Source: Verrucomicrobiota bacterium (lineage in GTDB: Bacteria > Verrucomicrobiota > Verrucomicrobiia > Opitutales > Opitutaceae). Taken from it: a DNA stretch of 64,000 nt. The notes under the pieces were generated by a model. The model was given only the letters and a program-made list of their open reading frames with translations. It was not told the origin of the DNA and made no database searches. Every line of letters starts with the position of its first letter. The first letter of the stretch is position 1. A program made the translations under genes and the position numbers. Location: NCBI GenBank assembly GCA_018239845.1, contig JAFEGO010000055.1, forward strand, positions 9,445 to 73,444, given 5' to 3'. Positions 36,140 through 46,572 of this stretch are shown here, piece by piece.

Positions 36140-36234
36140 GCCAAAAAAATTCCCCGCGCCCGCGGCCCTGTGCCGTTACCCTCATTGGACATTGGTCATT
36201 AGTCCTTGGTTATTCCTCCAGCCCCTCCTACCCC

Positions 36235-38871
36235 ATGGCCCGCTTCCTCAACTTCCTCCGCAAGCCCCGCCTCGAAAAGGAAATGTCCGACGAGATGCGC
36301 CACCATCTCGACCTGCTGACCGCCCAGCACATCGCCGCCGGCCTGTCGCCCGAGGAGGCCCGCTACGCCGCGCTCCGTGAGTTCGGCCATGTCGAGGGCA
36401 TCAAGGAAAATGCCCGTGACGTTCGCGGCCTGCCGTGGCTCGAGGCCATCCTCCACGATCTTCGCGACGGCGGGCGCATGCTGCGCAAGAATCCCGGCTT
36501 CAGCCTCGTCACCATCCTCACGCTCGCCATCGGCATCGGCGCCACCGCCGCGATCTTCACCGTCGTCAACAGCGTCGTCCTCCAGCCGCTGCCCTACCGC
36601 GAGCCCGACCGGCTCCTCGCTCTGCGCGAGTCCTACAAGGGCAAGCAGCCCTTCCGCTTCACCGGAGCCGGCCGCGTCACCTTCCGCGAGTGGCTCGCCC
36701 AGTCGACCTCGTTCAGCAGCCTCGCGACGGCCTATCCCTGGGCGCGCACCATCACCGATCCCGGCGCGCCCGTGCGCTACTACGCATGGCGTGTCTCGAC
36801 CAATTACTTTTCCACGCTCGGCGTACAGCCCGTCCTCGGCCGCACGTTCCTCCCCGACGAAAATTCCCCGGGCAAGGGTAACGTCCTCGTCATCAGCCAC
36901 CGGCTCTGGCTCGGCCGCTTTAACGGCCGGCCCGACATCATCGGTCAGCAGGTCCACATTGAGGACCAGTCTTATACCATCGTCGGCGTCGCCCCAAAGG
37001 ACTTCATGCCGGAACCCGTCGTCGATCCCGCGTTCTTTGTGCCCGACCCTGATCCTATCATTTCGACCGATCCCAAGGTCGTGCTCTTCCCGCGCTACAT
37101 CGAGGTCGTCGGCCGGCTCAAGCCCGGCGTCACGGCCCGGGAGGCCAGCCAGGAGATTTCGGCGATCTCCGCGCGCATCGCCCGGCTCTACCCCGCGACC
37201 AACGCCGATTGGACCGCCTACGTCACTTCCGTCCTCGAACCCCAGATCGAGGAGGTGAAGTCCTTCCTTCTCCTTCTGCTCGCCGCCGTCGGCTTCCTGC
37301 TGCTCATCGCGTGCGTCAATGTCGCCAACCTTCTCCTCGCCCGCGCCAGCACGCGCACCCGCGAGATCGCCGTCCGCTGCGCCCTCGGCGCCAGCCGTCG
37401 CCGCATCATCTCCCAGCTCCTCTGCGAGAGCCTGATGATTTCCCTCCTCGGCAGCGCGCTCGGCATCGTCCTGGCCTACGTGAGCGTCTCATTCCTGGCG
37501 GGCCACGCCCCACTCTCGCTTCCGCGCGCCCAGGTGATCGCGATCGACGGACGCGTGCTCGCCGGCTGCTGCGTCCTCGCGATCCTCACCGGACTCGGCT
37601 TCGGCCTCGCGCCCGCCCTCCAAGCCTCCAAGGTCAATCCGCAGCTGGCCCTCAAGGAGCAAGGCCGCGGCACCAGCGCCGGCGGCCGTGGCCTCAGCAT
37701 CCGCCGCTTTCTCGTCGCCTTCGAGGTCTCGCTCGCCCTCGTGCTCCTGATGGCCGCCGGCCTCGTCGTCCGCAGTTTCGCCGCGCTCCAGCAAGTGCCG
37801 CTCGGCTTCCAGACCCACACCGCCTACCTCGCGAAAAACACCCTGCCGCCCGCCCACTACCCCACACCGGAGAGCCAGGATCTCTTCGTCCAGCGGGCCA
37901 CGGAGAAATTCTCCGCCATCCCCGGCGTGCACTCCGTGGTATTCGCGAGCCACTACCCCGCCTTCGGCCGCAACGACCGCGCCTACAAGATCGACCGCCA
38001 CCCCGAGCTCGATCCGCGCAACCTCCCGTACGCCGCCTGCTTCGTCTGCACGCCCAGTTTCTTCCGCGCCCTCGACATCTCCCTTGTGCAGGGCCGTTTC
38101 CTCGAGGCGCGCGATGACGCCAAGGCCGCGCCGGTCGCCGTCGTCAGCCGCACTTTCGCCGAAAAATACTTCCCCGGGGAAAATCCGATCGGCCAGTCGC
38201 TCACGCTCGTCAACCCCGACGGGGCTTCCCGCACCATTGTCGGCGTGGTCGGCGATATCCGTGACATGGGCCCGCTCAGCGAGCGCACCCTCCAGATCTA
38301 CGTCCCTTTCAGCCAGGCCCCTATGCCTAATCCCAGCCTGCTCCTCCGGGTCGAGACCTCCATCGGCACCCTCCAGCCCGCCTTGCGCCGGGCGATGGAC
38401 GCCATCGACGCCAACCTCCCCGTCTCCATCGTACCGCAGCTCGATTTCACCGACTTCCTCCACGAAACTTATCCGACACAGCGTTTCGCGCTCTTCCTCT
38501 TCGCGACCTTCGCCGTCGTGGCGCTCCTGCTCAGCGCCCTCGGCATCTACGGCGTTGTCGCGTACTCGGTGACGCAACGCACCCAGGAGATCGGCATCCG
38601 CCTCGCCCTCGGTGCGCAGGCCCGCGACATCCTCAACATGATCTTCTCGCAGACCGGCCGTATGGTCGGCGCCGGCATGCTGGTCGGCCTCGTCGTCTCG
38701 CTCCTCACCACGCGGTTTCTGAAGAGCTACCTCTTCGGCATCGGCGAATACGACCTTGTCGCCTTCATCGCGGTCCCGATTTTTCTCGGGCTGGCCGCGT
38801 GGCTTGCCTGCTACCTCCCCGCCCGCCGCGCCACCAAGGTCGATCCGATGACCGCGCTGCGGTCCGAGTAG
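36235..38871 (+). CDS. ADOP family duplicated ABC-type permease (2 x MacB_PCD + FtsX)
   Basis: 878 aa from ATG 36235 (MARFLNFLRKPRLEKEMSDEMRHHL...). Two FtsX-type 4-TM modules, e.g. LLLLLAAVGFLLLIACVNVANLLLARASTRTREIAVRCALGASRRRI and FATFAVVALLLSALGIYGVVAYSVTQRTQEIGIRLALGAQARDI. The longer track ORF from 35593 overlaps PadR and is rejected. Confidence 0.88.
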   Translation: MARFLNFLRKPRLEKEMSDEMRHHLDLLTAQHIAAGLSPEEARYAALREFGHVEGIKENARDVRGLPWLEAILHDLRDGGRMLRKNPGFSLVTILTLAIGIGATAAIFTVVNSVVLQPLPYREPDRLLALRESYKGKQPFRFTGAGRVTFREWLAQSTSFSSLATAYPWARTITDPGAPVRYYAWRVSTNYFSTLGVQPVLGRTFLPDENSPGKGNVLVISHRLWLGRFNGRPDIIGQQVHIEDQSYTIVGVAPKDFMPEPVVDPAFFVPDPDPIISTDPKVVLFPRYIEVVGRLKPGVTAREASQEISAISARIARLYPATNADWTAYVTSVLEPQIEEVKSFLLLLLAAVGFLLLIACVNVANLLLARASTRTREIAVRCALGASRRRIISQLLCESLMISLLGSALGIVLAYVSVSFLAGHAPLSLPRAQVIAIDGRVLAGCCVLAILTGLGFGLAPALQASKVNPQLALKEQGRGTSAGGRGLSIRRFLVAFEVSLALVLLMAAGLVVRSFAALQQVPLGFQTHTAYLAKNTLPPAHYPTPESQDLFVQRATEKFSAIPGVHSVVFASHYPAFGRNDRAYKIDRHPELDPRNLPYAACFVCTPSFFRALDISLVQGRFLEARDDAKAAPVAVVSRTFAEKYFPGENPIGQSLTLVNPDGASRTIVGVVGDIRDMGPLSERTLQIYVPFSQAPMPNPSLLLRVETSIGTLQPALRRAMDAIDANLPVSIVPQLDFTDFLHETYPTQRFALFLFATFAVVALLLSALGIYGVVAYSVTQRTQEIGIRLALGAQARDILNMIFSQTGRMVGAGMLVGLVVSLLTTRFLKSYLFGIGEYDLVAFIAVPIFLGLAAWLACYLPARRATKVDPMTALRSE

Positions 38872-38889
38872 CGCCGGCATCCTGCCGGC
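38868..38889. repeat. single REP unit GTAGCGCCGGCATCCTGCCGGC between two convergent genes
   Basis: Hairpin GCCGGCA-TCC-TGCCGGC. Its GTAG head contains the TAG stop (38869-38871) of the permease. Same family as the inverted pair at 58790-58845. Confidence 0.6.
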
Positions 38890-38890
38890 T

Positions 38891-40891
38891 TCATTTCTTC
38901 AGCAGTCCGCCCCGGAACGCCGGGAACCCCGTCCCTAGCAGCATCGCGAGATCAACCTCGTCCGCGCTCTTCAGGACGCCCTCGTCGAGGCAACGCCGCG
39001 CCTCGCCCGTCATCACGCCCATCAGGCGCTCCGCGATTTCCGCGCTCGTCATGGTCGCCGTGCCGCGCGCCGGCCCCAGCGGATCGACCGCCGGATTTAC
39101 CGTCTCGGTTTTGCCCGCGTACGTATAAAAACCGGAACTCGCGCCGTTCTTCCGCCCCTTCAGGCCTGCCGCCAGCATGCGTCCGCACATGGTCGTCGCG
39201 GTGAAGCGCGCCGGGAAATAGTGCGCCATCTCGCCGAAGATGAAGTCCGTCACATCCACGCCGACTTCGTCGATCAAACGCAGCGGCCCCATGGGCCAGC
39301 CCCACTCGCGCATCGCCGCGTCGAGCGTCTCCACCGGCACGCCCTGCTCCCACAGCCGGCACGCCTCGTTGAGATAAAAGAAGAGCACGCGCGTCACCAG
39401 AAACCCCGGCGACGAGCGGCAGATCACCGGGCTCTTCCCCAGTCCTTTCACGAAGGCGAGGGTGCGCTCCGCCGTCGTCCGCGCGGTGTGCGGACTCAAC
39501 ACCAGCTCCACCAGCGGCATGCGGCTCACGGGATTGAAAAAATGGATGCCGATGGTCCGCTCCGGCCCCGGCACGCCCGCCATGATCTCCTCGATCGGCA
39601 GCGCCGAGGTGTTGGACGCGAGCACGCAGTCCGCGCGCACTACGCCTGCCAGTTCCTTGAAGAGCGCCTGCTTGGCCGCCACATTTTCCACCACGGCCTC
39701 GATCACGAGGTCGCACGCGGCAAAACCTTCCCACCTCGTGGTCCCGCGCACGCGCGCCAGCCCCGCCGCGGCGTCTGCCGCCGTCATCCGCTGCCGCTCC
39801 ACCGCCTCGTCAAACACGCCGCGGATCACCGTCAATCCGCGCTCGACGAACTCCGGCTTCACATCACGCATGATGACCTCGTGCCCGCGCGCCGCGCACC
39901 ACTGCGCAATGCCCGACCCCATCACCCCCGCGCCCACGACACCGATGCACCGCACCAACCCGGAACCCGAAACCCCGAGCCCGGAACTCCCGCCGCTAGG
40001 CGGAAACCACGCGTCCACCGTCAAATGCTTCACGCCCTCCTTCAGGAAAAACACCCGCGTGAGATTCCGAAAAACCTCGCTCGTCATGATCTCCCCGAAG
40101 GCCGTCGCCTCGATCTCCAGCGCTTCGGCCACGCTGCGCCCTTGGCCCTGTTCGATCACCTCAATCGCCTTGGGCGCCGCCGGTTCGCGTCCACGGGTCT
40201 TGCGCAGCGCCGCCGCCTTCGCCTCCGCAAAAAAGGCCGCGTCCGCGCCCGCCGGCTCCGGCCGCATCGGCCGGCCGGTCTCGGCCAGCCGCAGCGCCGC
40301 CGCCTGTGCGCGCCCGATCCACTCCGCCGCCGGCACGACTTCATCGACGAGCCCGGCGCGCAGCGCCTCGCCCGCCGGCACGAGCGCCGCCTTCACGATA
40401 TGATCCACCGCCGCCCGCGCCCCGATGAGCCGCGGCAGCCGCGCGCAGCCGCCCCAGCCCGGGATCGCCCCGAGTCCCGTTTCAGGCAGGCCGACCACCG
40501 TCGCCGCCGCATCGCTCGCGACGCGCCACGCGCACGCCAGCGCGAGTTCGTAGCCGCCGCCCGCGCACGCGCCATGGATCGCCGCCACCACCGGCACCTT
40601 GAAGTCTGCGATCCGCTGGAAAAGCCGCTGCCCCGTCCGCGAACAAGCCGACGCGTCCGCCGGCGAAGCCAGCGCGACCATCCAGTGCAGATCCGCCCCC
40701 GCGAGAAACACCCGCTCCTTCGCGCTCGCGATCACCACCGCGCGCACTGGCAATTTTTCCAGGGCATCGAGCGCCGCGCCGAGCGCCGCCTGCACGGCCG
40801 GCTTCACGACATTCGCCCGCGCCCCCGGCTCATCAAACACGATCCAGCCCACGCCATCGCCATCGACCGAAAACGATACAGGCAAACTCAT
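38891..40891 (-). CDS. bifunctional enoyl-CoA hydratase / 3-hydroxyacyl-CoA dehydrogenase (FadB/FadJ-like)
   Basis: N-terminal crotonase fold (VVIASAKERVFLAGADL...AAIHGACAGGGYELALAC). Central NAD-binding GVVGAGVMGSGIAQ. C-terminal 3HCDH domains. Confidence 0.9.
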   Translation of the reverse strand: MSLPVSFSVDGDGVGWIVFDEPGARANVVKPAVQAALGAALDALEKLPVRAVVIASAKERVFLAGADLHWMVALASPADASACSRTGQRLFQRIADFKVPVVAAIHGACAGGGYELALACAWRVASDAAATVVGLPETGLGAIPGWGGCARLPRLIGARAAVDHIVKAALVPAGEALRAGLVDEVVPAAEWIGRAQAAALRLAETGRPMRPEPAGADAAFFAEAKAAALRKTRGREPAAPKAIEVIEQGQGRSVAEALEIEATAFGEIMTSEVFRNLTRVFFLKEGVKHLTVDAWFPPSGGSSGLGVSGSGLVRCIGVVGAGVMGSGIAQWCAARGHEVIMRDVKPEFVERGLTVIRGVFDEAVERQRMTAADAAAGLARVRGTTRWEGFAACDLVIEAVVENVAAKQALFKELAGVVRADCVLASNTSALPIEEIMAGVPGPERTIGIHFFNPVSRMPLVELVLSPHTARTTAERTLAFVKGLGKSPVICRSSPGFLVTRVLFFYLNEACRLWEQGVPVETLDAAMREWGWPMGPLRLIDEVGVDVTDFIFGEMAHYFPARFTATTMCGRMLAAGLKGRKNGASSGFYTYAGKTETVNPAVDPLGPARGTATMTSAEIAERLMGVMTGEARRCLDEGVLKSADEVDLAMLLGTGFPAFRGGLLKK

Positions 40892-41137
40892 GCCCCATCC
40901 CTACCCGACCTGCTCCGCTCCGTGCAAGCCATGCCACCAAGCCGTGCCGCGAGGATGTTTTGCCGCAAATCCCTCCGATTTCCCCGGCAAAGATCGTCCC
41001 AATCCGTTGGCCCCGCAACCCGTTGCCTTTGGCGGAGGTAGGAAAACGGCAATCCACCCGATAGGTCTCGTGTTCGGGGCCGACGATTTATAAAATGACC
41101 TACTCGCCGAGAACATCGTGTGAGAAAACCAATACCT

Positions 41138-41407
41138 ATGCGCGACGACTACCTGCAAAACGCCCTGAAAATCATCGATGATCCCCTGGTCCTCATAAAT
41201 GTCGTCTCCCGCCGCGTGAAGCAGCTCCGCCGCGGCAACCGGCCCCTGGTCCAGTCGCTGGAAAAACTCTCGGCGGAGGATACCGCGTTGCGCGAAATCG
41301 CCGAGGGCAAGATCACCTACGAACTGGGCGCCGACGACGTGATCGCCCCCCGCAGCCCCGTCCTCGCGAGCAACCCGCCGCGCACCGTGGTGCCGCACGC
41401 GGCCTGA
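41138..41407 (+). CDS. rpoZ: DNA-directed RNA polymerase subunit omega
   Basis: MRDDYLQNALKIIDDPLVLINVVSRRVKQLRRG matches the RpoZ N-terminal helix pattern. An alternative GTG start lies at 41120. Confidence 0.82.
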   Translation: MRDDYLQNALKIIDDPLVLINVVSRRVKQLRRGNRPLVQSLEKLSAEDTALREIAEGKITYELGADDVIAPRSPVLASNPPRTVVPHAA

Positions 41408-41426
41408 TTTCGGAATCCATGCGGAG

Positions 41427-42419
41427 CTAGCGGACGGAATACGCCGGCTCCGTGTGGATCTCGTGGCGGTTGTCGAGGCGCTGGGAAAAATCGAGCGGGT
41501 CGCCCACGCCCACCGTCCCGCGTGCCACCTGGTAGGCCCAGACTTGGAATTGCGTGAGCGCCGCCCCGCCGTAGATCGTCGAAAACGCTCCGTTCACCGC
41601 ATCCAGGCCGCACGCGATTTTGATCCGCCCGATGCGCGGCACGTGAAAGCGCGCATCCGTGGTGAACCAGTGGCCGCCGATATACACCTCCCCGTACGCG
41701 TGAAAATCCATGTGGTTGTCCGGATCGGGCCAGCCGATGTCGGGCAGATGGCCCGTCACATACCGCGCGGGAAGATTAAAGGTCCGGTTGAGTGCCACCG
41801 CCAGATGGGCAAAGTCGCGGCAGACCCCATATCCGCGTTGCAGCACATCCCAGGCGGATAGCTCGGGGTGTCCCGAGCCGTAGCGGTATTCGATGTTGTC
41901 GTGCAGCCACTGCGAAATCGCCGTGACGCGCGGGAGCCCGTGCTCGACCTGGCCGAATTTCTCCCACGCGAATTGCGCGAGCTTGTCGGAGTCACAATAC
42001 CGGCTCGGCAAGGTATAGCGCAGGAGGTCCGCCGGCACCTCCGCCGGCGATTCGGGCACCGGCGAAGGCAGTCCGTGGTTGTCGGGTTTGGACGTCACCG
42101 CAACGATGGCGTCGTGGCGAAAACAGTGGCTCCCCGGCGCGAGCTGCACCCTCCAGATACGGTTGCCATGCTGGTCCTTGAACTCCTGCGCCGGCAGATT
42201 CGCCCCGAGGTCCAGCGCCTGGACCATCACGCGGTGGTTGCCATCGGAGCGCGGCATTAAATTGAGCAGCAGCGTCGCCGGACCCGTCGCCTCATAGGTG
42301 AGGTTGCAACCCACCCGCAAGGTGACATCGAACCGCGCCAGCGAGGCCGCCCGCGCCTCCCCCACCACGCCGGAAGACGGGATGGCGGAACTCGGAGTCA
42401 TGCAAAGTGATTCATTCAT
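41427..42419 (-). CDS. transglutaminase-like family protein (Bact_transglu_N + transglutaminase core)
   Basis: Core Cys block GYGVCRDFAHLAVALNRTFNLPARYVTGH and His/Asp block FHAYGEVYIGGHWFTTDA. Confidence 0.85.
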   Translation of the reverse strand: MNESLCMTPSSAIPSSGVVGEARAASLARFDVTLRVGCNLTYEATGPATLLLNLMPRSDGNHRVMVQALDLGANLPAQEFKDQHGNRIWRVQLAPGSHCFRHDAIVAVTSKPDNHGLPSPVPESPAEVPADLLRYTLPSRYCDSDKLAQFAWEKFGQVEHGLPRVTAISQWLHDNIEYRYGSGHPELSAWDVLQRGYGVCRDFAHLAVALNRTFNLPARYVTGHLPDIGWPDPDNHMDFHAYGEVYIGGHWFTTDARFHVPRIGRIKIACGLDAVNGAFSTIYGGAALTQFQVWAYQVARGTVGVGDPLDFSQRLDNRHEIHTEPAYSVR

Positions 42420-42587
42420 AGCGGGGCGATCGAACCGCCCGGAAAATCATAGTCAGGCGGTTGGGCGGGCGGTTCATGGTCTCCGGGGAAATTCCATGCA
42501 GCTGCTTTGCGCCTTTTCGCGGCAACCCATCCCCGAGAAGCCGGCTTGCCGCCCACGGCTGCCCTCGCCCACCATCCGCGCTCAACC

Positions 42588-43124
<537 letters not shown>

Positions 43125-43131
43125 TTGCATT

Positions 43132-43219
43132 GTAGGGGCGTGCCTCGCGCACGCCCATAGTCTCCGACCGCGTCAAACTCCTGCTCCTGATTTCGGGCGT
43201 GCGCGAGGCACGCCCCTAC
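43132..43219. repeat. REPIN, family GTAGGGGCGTGCCTCGCGCACGCCC
   Basis: Left unit 43132-43156 and its exact reverse complement at 43195-43219, with a 38-nt spacer. Lies between two convergent genes. The right-hand GTAG (minus strand) contains the TAG stop of the desaturase gene. Confidence 0.78.
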
Positions 43220-44667
43220 ATTTTTTGCCTGTGCAAGTCGGTCTCGCCGGCTACCCGCACTAGCTTGATGAAGATCCGGCCGGCCCGGTGCTCCACGGGG
43301 TAAGTGGCCAGGCCGCGGCAGACGGGTGGCCGCGCCGGCGAGCCGTCGTGCAGGTGGAAGCGGCCGTTGTGCTTCGGGCACTCGATCTGCTTGCCGATCA
43401 CCAGGCCGCCCGCGAGGTGCGTCTTGCCGTGCGTACAGATGCCGTCGGTGGCATACAGCGTGCCGTCCTCATCGCGGTAGATCGCGTAGGTGCGCGACCC
43501 GTGGTCGAAGCGGACGACGCTCTTCCGCGCGAGGCCCGTGTTACCGCCCGCTTCCACCCAGCCGTCGGCATCGGGGGCGGCGTCGGACCGCCAGACGGGG
43601 ATCTCGGCCTTGCCCTGCGGCGCGGGTAGCTCGCGCTTGATGTAGTAGGAAGGATCGCGGAGCTGGCGCCGGATGGCCGGAAAAATCTCCCGCCACGCCG
43701 CCCAGATGCCGGGGTACGGCGGCGGCATGTCGGATTTGACCGCCGCATGCAGCGCCGGCAGCGCATGGTAGGGCACCATGGGAAACATGTGGTGCTCCAC
43801 GTGGTAATTCATATTCCAATACATAAACCGGTTGACGCGGTTCATGTACACGGTCCGGCAGTTAAGCCGGTGATCGAGCACGTTTTCGGCGAGGCCGCCG
43901 TGCTGGGTGAGATTGTAAACGTAGAGCAGCCACGTGCCGAAGACGTTGGGCAGGCAGATGAAGAGCACCGGCAGCCAGCTGCGCAGCCCCACCGAGAGCC
44001 CGATTGCGGCGAGGTAGATCAAAACAAACAGCCGCGCCTGCCAGAAGATCTTGGCGTATTCATGACGGGGCACATAGACCGCCTCGTCGGCGCGCATCCG
44101 TCCGGTTGCGTGCAGCCAGAGCCGCTGCCAGTAGTCGGGATGCAGCGCAAACAACCCGAGCAGCAGGCCCTTCAGGTCGGCCGGCCGGGGGAAATTGATC
44201 TCAGGATCGCGGCCCACGATGATTGTGTCGCTGTGGTGCCGCGTGTGGCTCCAGCGCCAGACCGTCGACTCGCGCTTCACCATGAACGAGGATATCTCGT
44301 AGAGCGCGCGGTTCATCCAGTCGGTCTTGAACGCCGTGCCGTGCCCGCTCTCGTGCCAGCGCGAATCCGAGGTCTGCGCATACAGCACGCAATAAACCAG
44401 GTAGGGCAGCACCGCCCACCACGTCCCCCACAGCACGCCGGTGAGATAGGCCGTCCCGCCCAGCAGTGCGAACCAGATGAGCGTGTCGCGAATCGCCGGC
44501 CCGTCCCGCCGCTCCAGCAGCCGGCGCATGGTCTCCGGCGGCACCGGACACTGATACCACTCCGCCTCGGCCAGTCCCTTCTCCACGGCGCGGGTCGCAT
44601 TTTCACCCGTCAGGCTGTAATCGAGTTTTTCGGTCGGAAGCGGTGCGGTGACGGCAGAGGAGTTCAT
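43216..44667 (-). CDS. membrane fatty-acid-desaturase-family di-iron enzyme fused to a C-terminal Rieske [2Fe-2S] domain
   Basis: Three His boxes (HESGHGTAF, WSHTRHHSDT, HVEHHMFPMVPYH) in a multi-TM N-terminal part. Rieske motifs CTHGKTHL ... CPKHNGRF in the last ~110 aa. Confidence 0.87.
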   Translation of the reverse strand: MNSSAVTAPLPTEKLDYSLTGENATRAVEKGLAEAEWYQCPVPPETMRRLLERRDGPAIRDTLIWFALLGGTAYLTGVLWGTWWAVLPYLVYCVLYAQTSDSRWHESGHGTAFKTDWMNRALYEISSFMVKRESTVWRWSHTRHHSDTIIVGRDPEINFPRPADLKGLLLGLFALHPDYWQRLWLHATGRMRADEAVYVPRHEYAKIFWQARLFVLIYLAAIGLSVGLRSWLPVLFICLPNVFGTWLLYVYNLTQHGGLAENVLDHRLNCRTVYMNRVNRFMYWNMNYHVEHHMFPMVPYHALPALHAAVKSDMPPPYPGIWAAWREIFPAIRRQLRDPSYYIKRELPAPQGKAEIPVWRSDAAPDADGWVEAGGNTGLARKSVVRFDHGSRTYAIYRDEDGTLYATDGICTHGKTHLAGGLVIGKQIECPKHNGRFHLHDGSPARPPVCRGLATYPVEHRAGRIFIKLVRVAGETDLHRQKM

Positions 44668-44797
44668 GGGGAAGGCCCCCGGAGCATCGAGGGGGTGGCT
44701 CCGGTGGTCCCTTCAGCCTGCGCCTCAAATTTACTTCGCCCATCGCCGAGGATAGTCAAAATGCGCCATCCTTTCCGAGTTTGCGCCAACCGGGAAA

Positions 44798-45700
44798 ATG
44801 ATAGAGCCATACCGCGTGACCAACGAGCCCACGGGATTCCGCTACCTCCGGGTCGAGCCGGCCACTTTGCGGCAGGAACTCTACGTCACCTCCGTCGGGA
44901 AATTTGATCATGCCGCCGGCCAGCCCTACCCGCATCCCGGCCATCCGGATGGCTATGCCTTCGACTGGAAGCGCGGCCGCGTCCTCGGCGACTTCGCCGT
45001 GGTGTACCTGAGTCGCGGCGCCGGCACTTTTGAAACCAAGACCAGCCGGACCCGCTGCCGCCAAGGCGACGCGCTCATCATCCCACCGGGTCTCTGGCAC
45101 CGCTACCGCCCCGATCCCGCGACCGGCTGGTGCGAGCACTGGGTCTGCGCCAACGGCGAATACCTCCATCGCCTCCGCGCCAAGGGCATGCTCTTCACCG
45201 CCGCCGCGGTGACATCCGGCACCGGCCTCCGCGAATGGCACCGCCTGCTCTGGACGCAGGCGCGCCGCCCCAAGGCCCGCAACGACCTCACCCTGGCTGC
45301 CTGCGCCCTGGGCTTTTTCAGCCAGGCCGCACGCCCACCGTCGGACCATCCGCCCACCCGCCGCCCCTGGACTCAGTCCGCCGGCTCACTCGTGGAAGCC
45401 GCGCGCGAATACATCTACTTCAACAGCCACCGCCCGCTCACCGTCGAGTTGATCGCCCGCCACGTCGGCACCTCGCGCCGCACCCTCGAACGCCAATACG
45501 CGCAAACCGGTGCCGGCCAAATCGCCCGCGACCTGGCGACCCGCCGCGTCGAACGCGCGCGGCAGCTCCTGACCGAAACCGGCATGTCCGTGAAGGAAAT
45601 CGCCTACGCCGTCGGCTTCGGCGACTCCCGCCGCCTGATCCGCAATTTCTCCGCGCAGACCGGCACCACCCCGGCGGCGTTCCGGTCCGCAAAAACCTGA
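44798..45700 (+). CDS. AraC family transcriptional regulator
   Basis: C-terminal HTH (LTVELIARHVGTSRRTLERQY...LLTETGMSVKEIAYAVGFGDSRRLIRNFSAQTGTTPAAFR). Divergent from the desaturase-Rieske gene. Confidence 0.85.
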   Translation: MIEPYRVTNEPTGFRYLRVEPATLRQELYVTSVGKFDHAAGQPYPHPGHPDGYAFDWKRGRVLGDFAVVYLSRGAGTFETKTSRTRCRQGDALIIPPGLWHRYRPDPATGWCEHWVCANGEYLHRLRAKGMLFTAAAVTSGTGLREWHRLLWTQARRPKARNDLTLAACALGFFSQAARPPSDHPPTRRPWTQSAGSLVEAAREYIYFNSHRPLTVELIARHVGTSRRTLERQYAQTGAGQIARDLATRRVERARQLLTETGMSVKEIAYAVGFGDSRRLIRNFSAQTGTTPAAFRSAKT

Positions 45701-45714
45701 CTTGCGCCTCCGGC

Positions 45715-46509
45715 TTACCGCCCGCGCCGCACGCCCGTCCCGAATTTGCGCAGGTACTTCAGTGCGATCTCAAACTCGTGCGGCGTCGGCGCGCTCAGCG
45801 TCGCCGGTTCGCGCGTCGTCGGGTGCGTCAGCGTCAGCTCGCTCGCGTGCAGGGCGAGGCGGTCCACCATCGGCTTTTCCTCGTCGCGGCCCTTGTAGCC
45901 GCGCTTCAAGGACGAGAGCAGCAGCTTGATCTCGGGATTCCCGTAGAAGCGGTCGTTGAGCACCGGCGCGCCGATCGCGGCGAGGTGCACGCGGATCTGG
46001 TGCGTGCGGCCGGTCAGCGGCTGGCACTCCACCCACGCGAAATTCCCGAAGCGCTCCAGGGTCTTTACCACCGTGGCCGAGTCCTTGCCGCCGCGTTTCT
46101 TGAAAACTCGCATGCGGCCCGGCTGGCGCTCGTCCTCGCCCAGCGCGAGGTCCACCGTAAACTCATCCGGCAGCGCGCCGGTCGCATCGCGCACGGGCGC
46201 GACCACCTTCATGGCTTCGTCCACCGGCAGCACCGTGACGAGCGCGAGGTACTTTTTGCGCACCGTCTTGCTCTGGAACTGGCCGCTGAGGAAATCCAGC
46301 GCCGGCTTGGTCTTGGCGCAGAGCAGGAGCCCGCTCGTGTCGGCATCGAGGCGGTGCACGTTGGCCACGCCGTGGCCCATCTTGTCGTGCACGAGGCCCA
46401 TCAGGTTTTCGCGCTTTTTATCCCACCGGTCGGGCGCGACGAGCATCCCGCTCGGCTTGTCGAACGCGATCATGACTTCGTCTTCGTAGAGTACGGGCGG
46501 CAGCGGCAT
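45715..46509 (-). CDS. RluA family pseudouridine synthase (no S4 domain)
   Basis: KPSGMLV..., catalytic HRLDADTSGLLLCAKT, and GRTHQIRVHLA. Confidence 0.9.
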   Translation of the reverse strand: MPLPPVLYEDEVMIAFDKPSGMLVAPDRWDKKRENLMGLVHDKMGHGVANVHRLDADTSGLLLCAKTKPALDFLSGQFQSKTVRKKYLALVTVLPVDEAMKVVAPVRDATGALPDEFTVDLALGEDERQPGRMRVFKKRGGKDSATVVKTLERFGNFAWVECQPLTGRTHQIRVHLAAIGAPVLNDRFYGNPEIKLLLSSLKRGYKGRDEEKPMVDRLALHASELTLTHPTTREPATLSAPTPHEFEIALKYLRKFGTGVRRGR

Positions 46510-46572
46510 GGAGTTTTAAACAGCTTTTAGACCCGTAAAGTCACGCCTCCGTTTCGGCCGTGCAACATTTCC

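Noticed and set aside
35593-36234. N-terminal 214-codon extension of the ADOP permease ORF (track ORF 35593-38871, 1092 aa)
   Set aside because: The extension overlaps the PadR gene in another frame and translates to Pro/Arg-rich junk. The paralog alignment and the conserved N-terminal motif start at ATG 36235.
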